64,000 nt of DNA from Trichodelitschia bisporula. Its lineage: Eukaryota. Location: NCBI GenBank assembly GCA_010356995.1, contig ML996691.1, forward strand, positions 130,174 to 194,173, given 5' to 3'. This document shows, piece by piece, positions 1-10,580 of the stretch. Within the stretch, counting starts at the first letter, position 1. Each line of letters starts with the position of its first letter. Made by a program: the position numbers and the translations under genes. Under the pieces are notes generated by a model. It did no database searches. It was not told the DNA's origin and was given only the letters and a program-made list of their open reading frames with translations.

Positions 1-2
1 AC

Positions 3-278
3 GCCGGCTCGGGAAAGGCGCTGCAGACGCTCGAGGGCCATTCGGATTACGTCTACGCCGTGGCCTTCTCGCCGGACGGCAAGCAGCTGGCGTCGACATC
101 GGATCTTCTACGGTCCATAATCGTCCAGGAGCAATGGGTAACTAGGGGCACGGAAAAGCTTCTTTGGCTTCCAGCCGAGTATCGCAGTTCGCGCGCTGGC
201 GCTGTCGCTATCCACGAGGGTAAGGTTGGCTGGGGATGTCCGTTTGGTCGAGTGCTGTGCATGGAATTCATTTGCTAA
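3..278 (+). CDS. C-terminal WD40 repeat and tail of a HET-E/NWD-like (NACHT-WD40) protein; 5' part lies outside the window
   Basis: Frame 3 reads AGSGKALQTLEGHSDYVYAVAFSPDGKQLAS (typical HET-E-type WD repeat), then WV..G.EKLLWLPAEYR, a typical NWD tail. The NACHT domain itself is not visible. Confidence 0.8.
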   Translation, partial: AGSGKALQTLEGHSDYVYAVAFSPDGKQLASTSDLLRSIIVQEQWVTRGTEKLLWLPAEYRSSRAGAVAIHEGKVGWGCPFGRVLCMEFIC

Positions 279-764
279 ATATTTCTCCTAACCTCCTCCC
301 CACCCACCTCCGTTACGGTCTTAGCCCTTTTATACCTCTTTGAAAGTGAAAGTGGCAAAGGATTACAAATGAGAATTGTACGGCTTTGAAATCAAGCACT
401 CCATTAGCAAATGGTAACAGTGGCGTACAAAAATGTCGCCAGATCAGTGAAGTAATGGCTTCAATGCAATGGGGATTTGGAAACATCTGGAATTAACCAT
501 TTCTTCAGTCCACAGAGAAGGTATCATGGAATGTAGTAGCTGTGTTCAATGCTTTCCACTTCCAGTTCTTGCGTCGAGCAGAGCGTTGATGAAGACGGGA
601 CCAGACCCTAGCTCAACCTGATCAAAGCCGGAAAAGGGAGACGGTTACGTACACCATGTCCTCTCATTAGCCTCCATTGATAAAGACGTGAAACTGCGTT
701 AGGATGCTAGGCGGATAATCCCATCTTTGTCATCTGAGACCCTGCCCAGAGAGCCCGATCCTTG

Positions 765-868
765 AGCGCCACCTCCGCCCGCGCCACCATCTCCATCCGC
801 GCCACCAACTCCACCCGCGCCACCAACTTCACCCGTGCCACCAACCCACTCGCCACCTGCGCCACTGG
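765..868. repeat. Degenerate 18 bp tandem repeat (gcgccaccaactccaccc-like)
   Basis: About 5-6 imperfect units; Pro-rich on the + strand but embedded in a stop-riddled frame. Confidence 0.6.
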
Positions 869-1334
869 CTCGGCTCGTCTTCCCTTCCCTCACCACGGTA
901 CAACTCCACACTTAGCCCCCTAGCCACCCCACTCGGAGAATCGGAGTGTGGGGTAGTGTTGCCTGAGTCACGTTGAGGCAGAGCTGACACTGCGAAAGAC
1001 AGAATAGGGGTCCTAACAGGCGCCCCCGCTTAATTGAGATATGACGCTTTCCGATACTCATGATACTTCGCTTGCAGGTCCAACCGGGCCGGTTTTGGAG
1101 AGGGGAGTCGGCGACAGGCCGAAGACGGGGCGATTTAAGGGAGGCGTTGTGGTTCAATGCGGAGGGCAGGATGAGCACATGTTACTGCCCATCTAAAATC
1201 ACTTAGCGCGTCAGTAATTTCCAATTGAAGGAAATCTGGCGCTGGATTTAGCGGCAAGGCGGAGGAAAGTATTGGCTAGCATGGATGACAATGCATAGGC
1301 TAGTCCAGATTGAGCATTTTCCTTATTGAGCTAA

Positions 1335-1452
1335 GGGTACGGACACAGGTCAAAGAGAACACCAGTCCCCGTCTGCTCACTGAAGCTAAGCTTTCAACCG
1401 GTTGACTAGTAGTTGCGTGGGCGAACAGCAGCGAATCCCAGCTGCTGTATGC
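1335..1452 (+). rRNA. 5S rRNA variant, probable pseudogene
   Basis: 118 nt, closely similar to the copy at 1791 and followed by a T-run terminator. The 5' end is GGGTAC rather than ACATAC, and there are mismatches in helices I, II and IV. Confidence 0.8.
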
Positions 1453-1790
1453 TTTTTGTCTTTTTTGCACCCTGGAAGCTTGCTGATCGGCTCGTTCAGC
1501 GGGAGGAGCTCCGAAGCTTAATGTAAGCCGATACTCTGGTCGAAGGACCAGCCGAAAAAGTCATGGCTGTCCCGTCCGCAAAATCAGCCAGGCGAGGTGG
1601 CCATGATAATTTTTCAGGAGGCCCGTGAAGGTTTCTGCTCAGCCGGCTGATCGAGGGGAGATGCTCCGCAGCTTAACGCACGCCCCCTATTCTAACCCAA
1701 GAACGCTCTCGCTCGGAGAGCTAACACTTCTTTTGACAAATGCTTCCGTCTTTTCCGCTAGCTATTAGTTAAATGGCAACAGAGTCCATC

Positions 1791-1908
1791 ACATACGGCC
1801 ACAGGTCGAAGAGTACACCAGTCCCCGTCTGCTCACTGAAGTTAAGCTTCGAACCGGTTGACTAGTAGTTGCGTGGGTGACCAGCAGCGAATCCCAACTG
1901 CTGTATGT
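1791..1908 (+). rRNA. 5S rRNA (dispersed, divergent type)
   Basis: ACATACGG...CTGTATGT followed by TTTT; conserved CCCGTCTGCTCA, TTAAGC, TAGTAGTTG and GGGTGACC segments; helices pair (TCGAAG/CTTCGA, GTTG/CAAC). Confidence 0.92.
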
Positions 1909-2186
1909 TTTTACACTCTTTTTGGCTGTGTGGGGTGAGTGGTGATCTTAAAGTCCTTAGCTCTACGGTATCGGGCCGAGCCGCCAACTATTTTGTTTTA
2001 AGCCTCGCCGATGCCCCTAGTCTTGTACTACCGTCCCGTGCAGTACGGTAGGGGATAGCGATATCCGCCACTAGATCTATGGAGTTCCCTACGGCTATCC
2101 CATGTTCGGCTGACCGTCGACGAATCTTATTTCAACTCCATGTCCGGTTGCTTCTCCAGCCTCTCGTACATCAATCACTGAAACTT

Positions 2187-2788
2187 TCAAGCCCTCATCC
2201 TGATCCCCAGCTGCAACCGGCGTACCTCCTCCACCTTATCCTTCAACTCGCGCACCATCGCCCCTAACATCCCACCCTCAATGCTCCTCCGCGGCTCGAC
2301 AGCCAACTTCTGAATCCGCTCGATATGGTAACACTCCCGATTCCCAAACGCCATCCTCGTCCACCGACAGCAGCAAAATTCGCAATCCCTCGCGGTGCAC
2401 AGGAACGTCTCATAAGACCAGAATTCCCTAAAGTTTGGCGGCTTGATCGTGATGGTGCTAGCGTGGCGCATCTTCTTCCTGGCTATCTCCTTCACCTCCC
2501 TGCAAAAAGTTGTTAATGAGAGCTGAGACGTGGACTCAGGTGTTTTCCCTAGATGTATCTGATCCACTACCGCACGAACTCCGATCTAACGTATAGATCG
2601 AACCATGCTAGATGCTGCTCCAGAGGGTCGAGGAGGGCGTCAATCTCGGCCGCATTTCAAGAGAAAAGATATATTCTTGCGGGATTTCCTTCCACCGCTG
2701 GCTGACGATGCCGTCGATGTCTTTGGTGAAATAGGGAAGATAGTCCTTGTCAGTTTTCGAAACGGCGTTCCCCATGGCGTTCCCCATG
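2187..2788 (-). pseudogene. Orphan Cys-rich MGNxxS-family gene, copy A (frameshift, internal stop, mutated intron donor)
   Basis: MGNAVSK...EYIFSLEMRP / EIDALLDPLEQH ... CEFCCC...GNRECYHIE aligns by eye with copy B at 3167-3738; intron relic ctaggg...cattaac...ttttgcag. Confidence 0.6.
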
Positions 2789-3166
2789 GCGAGAGTGACT
2801 TCGGGGCTGTCGGGATTGTTTGACCGGTGAGTGTTGGATGGTGAGTCTCGGACGCGTAAGCCTCCCATTGTTGGGGAGGACCCTTTAGTTATCCATGACC
2901 GTTGGTTATAGCGCACCGAACCAGAAGGGGCTCTGATTTTCTCCGTTCTTATCAAGTTCCGCTGCCGCCCTCATCAGATCGCTCGTTATCCGGTCGTTGT
3001 AGTCTGCAGAACGACTTGAATTTGTCCCCGCCAGATTCTTCGGCAAGAATATAACGTAAACTATCTGCTCCCCCCGCTCACCAAACCGGTCAATCTGTTC
3101 CCGCTAATACCATGCCACATCCAGGCAAGAAGGGCGCTTCTGTACTTCGGAGTTGCAATCTTCGAA

Positions 3167-3738
3167 TTACTTGACCTCCCCCGTGGTATCCTGCTTCATC
3201 CATCGCGCTCTTGCTACCTTCATTCTCCCCCTTATGACCTTTTCAATCGGGATGCCATCAGCCACATATGCAGTCATAGGATCGATGAACAACCCTTCCA
3301 CATCCTCGATGTGGGCACACTCTCGGTTCCCCCGAGGCCATGAGAAGACAGCAGCAAAGACGACACCCTCCCTGAAAGCAGTCAAGCATCTCCCACCGAC
3401 GAAGGCCTTCGTCGAAGTCCGGATATTCGGGCAGGTCGCCATCCTGCTTACTCATCATCATCATCCACTCTCTGCAAAAGTCGTTAATGGAAGCTACAGC
3501 ACGGACTCAAGTGTCCCTACCTCTCGCATTTAGTCAGCTCGCTGCATTGGATTCTTTTCTCCAGCTCTGCTTTGTGCCGCTCCAGCGGGTCGGGCATGCT
3601 CTCGATCTCTGGGCGTGTTATGGAGGGAAAGACATAATCGTTGGAAAGCTCCTCCGACCAGCCGGCGGTGCCGTTGATCTCTGTGGAAAGGTTGGGAGGA
3701 GAGTCCTGGTAAAAAAAGTTTGAGGTAACGTTTCCCAT
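3167..3738 (-). CDS. Orphan Cys-rich MGNxxS-family gene, copy B (two exons, one homopolymer frameshift)
   Basis: MGNVTS...RPEIESMPDPLERH; intron GTAGGG...CATTAAC...TTTTGCAG; exon 2 CFQGGCRLCCC; an extra G in a G5 run near 3330 shifts the frame before NRECAHIE. Confidence 0.55.
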
Positions 3739-3857
3739 TCTGAAGGGTAATTTTAGGTTATCGAGATTGTGCAGCGGGTGAGTGTCTGAAGTTGGAGTGC
3801 CTGAGGTGAAGATGAAGGTTATGCGGGGAAGTGATGTAGAAGTGGAAGGAGCATTTA

Positions 3858-4082
3858 ATGGGAGGAAAGCTCCATACACAGGCAAATGTAACTGCGTAAA
3901 CTGAAGATTGAAGTGGAAGATAGAGAGAGGAAGAGAGGAAGAGGGTCAGAGACTTTCGAGACTTAAATACACGATGCCAAGTATCCTCTTTTGCTCCTTC
4001 CTTCCATCATGCGCCTATTACATCATGGCCCTTGGTATGCGCCTTCCTGACATACCAATGCTCCTGCCATAACCACATCAGC
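3858..4082 (-). repeat. Dispersed ~230 bp TATA-like/pyrimidine-tract cassette, copy 1
   Basis: Reverse complement matches 43112-43328; shared blocks include taaactgaagattgaagt and cgagacttaaatacacgatgccaagta. Confidence 0.8.
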
Positions 4083-4605
4083 ATTTTTAATGTCAGGAAG
4101 GAGCATCCGGCCGGCGAAGGAACTTGCGACGTTCGATCCCTGGGAAAGCTGCAAAGCGATCGCCACCTACCACGAGAATCTCCAGCTTGAAGACTCGGGC
4201 GTAAGATCGCCTAAACATATAATAAACCCAACTCGTTTGCTACCGATGCGTAGACAGCGGATCGCGGACACAGATCTCACCAGAACCAATACCAGGCTCG
4301 CGCTCTCAGCCTTGCCAAGAAAACAGACGGGCTTCTGCCTGCGGTACGACGGACCGAGTACAGAGAATGGGGCGAAGTGATGGTGGAGGATAGCGGGCAT
4401 AGAGCAAGGTTGAAAAGATGAAGTAGGCATGATGAATGCTGTCGGAAGTGTGAGGGCGTTTGTTGGGAGGGTGATGGGATCGAACTGGACATGCATCCGG
4501 AATCATGAGTAGGCACAAGAGGAGATAAAGTGATGAGAAATGGCTAGATCTCCGTTAGCCACGCAGCATCAGCAAACCCCAAAAAGCGAAAATGCATACA
4601 TCTAC

Positions 4606-6103
4606 CTAATGCCTCAACCACCCACTCAACCTCTCCCTCCTCTCCGCCCTCGCCTTCCCATCCTCCTCAACTTCCTCCCTCCTCCCCTCCTCCTCCTCCT
4701 CCTTAACCCGCTTAACCAACTCCCTGACCACCTTCCCATCATGCGCCGCCTTCTCCCCCTTCCGCTCCGCCATAAGCTCCTCCCGCCTCAGCCTCGTATC
4801 AATCCGCCTTAGCCGCTGCTCCTGATGCGCCGTCACAGCCTCCCGCTCCTCAGCCGTCAACCGCGCCCGCGCCATCACCGCCTGCCACGCCGCATACGAG
4901 TCTTCACTCCCCGTCTCGCGCGCCGCCTCCACATGCCGCTGGAAACGCACCAGCCGGTCCATCTTCGCATCCAGCTCATCGAGCTTCTCATGCAAATGGC
5001 GACCCACAGCTTCGAGTTCCCACTCCCTGAACGTCGGCGCAGCAGGCGTGCCAGAGAGCGCAGTGTCTTGCATAGCGGGCAAGTCCTTCGCAGCGCGAAT
5101 CTCAGCCAGATGCCGCTCCGCACGGGCGAGAAGCGAGTCGAACATGTTACGCGCAACATGCGCCTGTTCCACAGCCGAGGGGACGTGCTGGGGCAGTTCC
5201 CAGGTGAGGAAATTGGCATCCTTGCTTTCCGCCGTCCAGGACTCCAGAATCGATGCCACGACCCTGCGCTCCACTTCGAGGGACGCTGTGCTGGGGATGG
5301 CGCGGTTCGTCAGCCAGGCCATCATCTTCGCCTCCAGATTCTCCTGCTCATGAACCTTATCCAGTTCCGCCGCACTTAGCTCCCAAAGCTGCTCCGCCTG
5401 ACGTGTCCGGCCCTCCCAGTACTTGTCATCGCGCTTGAGCATATCCTGCACCCAGTCCCGATCCGCAATCTCCGCCCGCTGCTCCTCCGACCACCCCGCC
5501 CAAAGCTTCATAAAATCGGCATGTGCATGGCGCCTCTTCTTCACCGCCTGGACCCGTACCTCGCGAAGCAAGCCCGGGAGCTCCGTATCCCAAAACGCCT
5601 TGGCCGCCTGCTGCTGCGCAAGGCGTGTCTCATGCACTGCAGCCCGAGCATTCCGCTCCCTCTCCTTAACCCGCTGCAGCGCAGAAACCCGTCCCCTCGC
5701 CGCCTGCCGCTCATCCTTCGCTGCACGCTTCGCCTCGCGCCGCGCAGTGAGCACCTCCTCCGACGGAACCGACGGACGAGAACTGATGGGCGTCCCCATG
5801 GGGGCAACGATTCCGGCTACGACGTGCCGCACGTGTTGGCTGATGCGTTGTGTGCGGCGCACGGTGACAACGTCGCCTTCGCGGGTGGACGATGCGGGGT
5901 CGGAGACCATGACGGTGTCGTAGTCGTTGTAGTACTGGGTCGTTAGCCACGATAAGACCAGACTAGAGTAGATATACCTTTTTCACACGCTTATTCCAGA
6001 CTTGCTTTGCGATGCGCACCTTGACCGTGCCCATCATCTTGCCCGCCGACACGACGACGCCGGCCGCCTGCCGTGCGGCGGTTTGCTGAGGAATTGGAAG
6101 CAT
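4606..6103 (-). CDS. MRPS17: Mitochondrial ribosomal protein uS17m with long charged C-terminal extension
   Basis: GVVVSAGKMMGTVKVR...WNKRVKK | ...VSDP...REGDVV...RHVV is the S17 signature; 43 nt intron at 5935-5977. Confidence 0.8.
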
Positions 6104-6465
6104 GATCGTGGTAGGTGAGCTGCAGACAAGATTTACAGTCCTATTGCATGCCACTTGAGCTTTTTGACAGCTCTTCAGGCAGCGGAGTCGTGAAGGAGCG
6201 TAATTGGCGTTCACGGCAACGCCGGCTTGAAGTGAGGTCGAGTCGAAAATCATTTCCGCCAAGACGGCAGCCAACACCACACGCACGGACCAGTCCAATC
6301 GGTGTTTAAAGTCTCAGACTTCATCGGCTTTCACTTGAACATAATTGCAATCTCACCAAATCACTCATTGATTCCTATTAACGTCTAATTCGTCGAGCTG
6401 CCGGTATCTATTCATGCGAGCCATTACCCGAACTCCAAATCCGCCAATCTGCGCCTAGAGATGCA

Positions 6466-8152
6466 TTAACGTGCGGCCAGATTCTTCATGTCCTGCTCAC
6501 GCGCACTCTCAATTTCGCGGTCCGCGGCATGGTCCGCGAGGTCGGCAGGCGTCTCTACGGGCGTCGCTGGCTCCTGCGGGCTCAGTATCAGCGCCTCACG
6601 CCGTAGCTGGCGGCCATGCGCCTCAGCCTTGACGCGGTTCAGTTCCTGGACAAACGTTTGGCCCCACCACGCGCTGCAAAAATTAGCCCCACTCCTTCCT
6701 AGCATTTCGTACATACCTCGTGTAGTTCTTGACATATTTGGACAGCTTGGCGAAGTTGATGGCGCGTGGCTCGTCCGGCATAGTGACAGCCTCGTGCAGC
6801 GCATCAGCCAACTCCTCCGTGTTCCATGGGTTCACGATGAGGCTGCCGTTAAGGCTCTGCGCCGCACCAGTGAACTCTGACAGCACCAGCACGCCATGAC
6901 GCTGCTCCTGGCAAGCAATGTACTCGTACGACACCAGGTTCATGCCGTCGCGCGTCGACGAGACCAGGCATACATCTGACACGGCGTAGAGCGCAAGCAT
7001 CTCGTCGAAGCTGATGGACTTGTGCATGAAATGGATGGGCATAAACTCGACGGTACCTGAAATGTTAGTGACTCACTCGGTGATATCTGAGTAGAGGCAC
7101 TTACCAAACTTGCCGTTGATCCGGCCCACCAACTCATTGACCACTGCCCGTAGGTTCTGGTACTCCTCGACGTCCTGCCGGCTGGGCACTGCCACCTGCA
7201 CGAGCACCACTTTGCCTATCCACTCGGGGTGCTCCGTCAGGAACACCTCGAGCGCGTGCATCTTCTGGGGAACACCCTTAATGTAGTCGAGGCGGTCAAC
7301 GCCGACAATCAGCTTCACGCCCTGAAACTTGCGCTCCAACGCCGCAATGCGCTCCTGCACCTTGGGCTTCTTGAGGCCCTCTTCAAACTTCTCCGGGTCG
7401 ATGCCGATTGGGAAAGCTCCCACGGCCACCAGCCGACCCTCGAACTCAACACCGTTGGGTGTCGTTGGCAATCCCAGAATGCGCGAGCAGCTCGACAGGA
7501 AGTGACGCGCGTACTCGTAAGTGTGGAAACCGAGCAGATCGCACTGTAGCACGCCCAGCAGGATCTCGTTGCGCACAGGCAAGATGCGGTAAATCTCGCT
7601 GCTCGGAAAAGGGGTGTGCAGGAAGAAGCCAAACTTGACATTCTTCTTCGTGTCACCGAGCTCCTCGCGCAGCATCGCCGGGAGCAGCATGAGATGGTAA
7701 TCGTGAACCCAGACGAGGTCGTTGTCCTGGATATCCTTGGCAACGGCCTTCGCGAACAGGCGGTTCGCTTCGCTGTACGCCTGCCAGGCCGACTCATCAA
7801 AGGTGATTTCACCGGGGTGGTAATGAAACAGCGGCCAGAGGATGGAGTTGGAGAAGCCATTGTAGTGCTTATCGGCGAGGTCGTCGTCCAGCATGACGGC
7901 AACAGCATTGTACTCATCCTTGAGTTTCTCCTGCAGACCGGCAATCTCGTCTTCGGGAATCTCCATACCTGGCCAACCGTACCACTGGAAAGTTGTCGTC
8001 TTCTTGAGCCCGCTCAATCCACTGACGAGACCGCCCGATGACATGCTCGTCTCGTAAGTGCCGTCATCCTTGCGCTTAATGGTGATGGGCAGGCGGTTGG
8101 AGATGAGGAGGAGACGTCCCTCCTGGTCGGAGTTGGTAGCGGGCGCCGACAT
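6466..8152 (-). CDS. TPS1: Trehalose-6-phosphate synthase (GT20)
   Basis: SNRLP, SSGGLVSGL, WVHDYHLM, GVDRLDYIKG, RDGMNLV, LSEFTGA motifs; two introns. Confidence 0.97.
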
Positions 8153-8389
8153 GATTTTGCTGACGCTTAGCTGAGACACAGGCGACGATGGCGGGTAGAT
8201 GCAGTTCGAGTATGCAGTGTGGATAAGGTGCGTCTCAGTAAGGTATGAAAGCGAAAGCGTCACAGTGTCCTGGTCGAGGACAAGGGTTTGTTGATTACGT
8301 GGTAGAGGCAGGCACGAGTAGTGGGGGGAGAAGGTGAGGAGGTATTTGCAGAATGTGGGCAATGCTGCGTCGTGAGTGTCGTGGTTGTA

Positions 8390-8413
8390 GCAGCAGCAGC
8401 AGCAGCAGCAGCG
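8390..8413. repeat. (CAG)n microsatellite upstream of TPS1
   Basis: About 7 consecutive cag units. Confidence 0.7.
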
Positions 8414-9186
8414 ATCGTGGTGTTTGAAGAAGGGGAGTTCTCGATGCTTCTGCGGGGTGATTGAAGCCAAAAAAATGGGAGGGTCGGTTGCTTTTACTGA
8501 TACGGTTCGGGAATTGGCCCCTCCTTCGCTCCTGCGCTGCGCAAGAGAAGCAAGCCACATCCGGCAAGGGGGAGGCCAACTCAAGATTTCCATCATGGTG
8601 ACGTCGTTGGGGGCCCGTGCGCCAACAAAGCAGCAAGTACCCAAGCTGCTGGGGGGCACGGTCCAGTCATCATCTCTTTGGGTCGTCCCCATGTTTGCAT
8701 TGCTGTCACCGGTACTGATAAATAGCCATCGAGATCCCATATGCACTGCACAGGATTGACTACAGTACCCTGCCAAACTGCATTGTTATCGGCAGCTTGC
8801 ATGTGATGAAGAATTGCGACAATCAATTGCCCAAACTTACCCGACGATCAGGTCATGCTCGCGGCCCTTCGTCGGGAGTATCCGCCGCAAATGTGGCTTG
8901 CCGCTTGCCAATTGTGTTCTAGCGCACACTCCGTTTTTCAATGATGGCATGGCATTTCGAATTCCCCATCGACAAGTCCTACCGTATCGATAATCACGAT
9001 CGCGAGATCGCGCTGACGCCACGTCCAAGAAATTGATCAACTCCAACATCATTAGTAACATCCAAATGGCTCAATTAACATGTACAACCTTCTCCGGGTG
9101 CGCACTACCAGTGCACGGTGCAGTTTATATACAAAAAGCCCCTCTAGCTCCATATTTTCCAGACGCCTTGAACACCGAGAGACCAG

Positions 9187-10580
9187 CTACCCAAGCAAGC
9201 TCTTTTCCCCCTCACCCTTCATCCGCCGAATCACCGCCCCTACCACTCGCACGCACATCGGGTCCACCCACCGATTCCACAAACCTGCCAGCCGATACAG
9301 CATGTAGAAAAACGTGGCAATGGCACATCCCATCTGCAACGGCGGTCCCCTTGCTAGATCCTTCGGATTACCCATCTCGTCGACCTGCGGTTTCATCGCG
9401 CTCGGCAGGTACACCATCCATGTTAAGAGCGTTTTGATCAACTGGTTGTGCAGCAGGTACACCGCGAAGCTGACCCGCCCCATGTAGTTGCACACGCTGG
9501 ACGTGAGTACGCGCCGCGCCGGTTCGCAGGTGAAGATACCGACGAGGATCATCGTCGCCCCAAGCGAGTCCCAGTGTCGCCGTAGGTCGGTCCCCTCGGG
9601 TGTTATGGCCGTCATTATGCGCTCCATGACTGCACTCCACGGCGCGTTGCCTGGCGCATCCTGGGGGTAGCCACAGATGAACATTCCGACAGCCATCAGA
9701 ATCGGTGGGAGAACAGCCATAAAGCCGTGGACTCGCGGCGGTATCTTTCCGCTCGAAGCTGCAATGTCGGCGAGAAACATGCCTGCGGTGATGTTCATCA
9801 TCATGAGTGCTATTAGATCTGATTAGCTTCCGCTAGAGCCATCGGCAACCAACATACCATTGTGAGACAGCCACCCATACACCCACATCACCACCAATAC
9901 CATGCGCCGTGCCCGCGGCGCCACAAGGACCGTCGCAAACAGCACAATATACACCACCATGCTGCCCTTCAAGAACAGCGACAGCGTCCACTGCGTCCCA
10001 TCATAGTTCTCCTCCCATGCCCCCGTCCACAACCCGACCTGCGCCTTAACCAGACTAACCACTGCCTCAACCACACTGCCACTCGGCCCGCGATACCCCT
10101 GCCGAATCCACGTCGAGTCCACATGCTGTGTCATCTGGTACGCCCCGACATTCGCCAGCAACCAGGAAAGGAGCAATGCGCACGCCGACGGCAACAACAG
10201 GCGTCCGGACCGCGCGAGCGCCGACTGCGCAACCGAGTGGAAAGCCGAGTCGATGTCCCCGGCGTATGACTTCGACAGCGGCCCGAGAGCATTGACGTAG
10301 CCTGTGATCAGGAAGAAGAAGGCGACGGCCATGCGTCCGCCGACGCAGAGCCGCAGGAACGGCAGCTGGAAGAGTAGAGGCGCATCGGTTGGTGATGCGG
10401 CGGGGGCGTGAAGATGTGGCACGAAGGATGTGCAGAGATGGCCGGTTACGACGATAAAGGAGGCGATCCCACGGAGGCCCTGGCCGGTTAGCTGGATGAA
10501 GCATTACAACGGCATGGGCTACGAACGTCTATCCAGTTCGCACCTCGCACGACGGGTGCGCGTGTCTCTGATACTGACAT
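9187..10580 (-). CDS. Acyltransferase-3 family membrane protein
   Basis: WID|GLRGIAS..VVTGH, QLPFLRL..GGR.AV.FF.ITGYV, QWTL, GRVSFAVYLLH; two introns. Confidence 0.88.

Noticed and set aside
1193..1251. Short imperfect hairpin upstream of the first 5S copy
   Set aside because: Short, mismatched and single copy; compatible with chance.
7073..8776. Apparent 200 aa N-terminal extension of TPS1 with a poly-Cys tract
   Set aside because: It starts at a non-ATG codon and runs through UTR-like sequence and a CAG microsatellite; recognisable TPS1 sequence begins just after the ATG at 8152.
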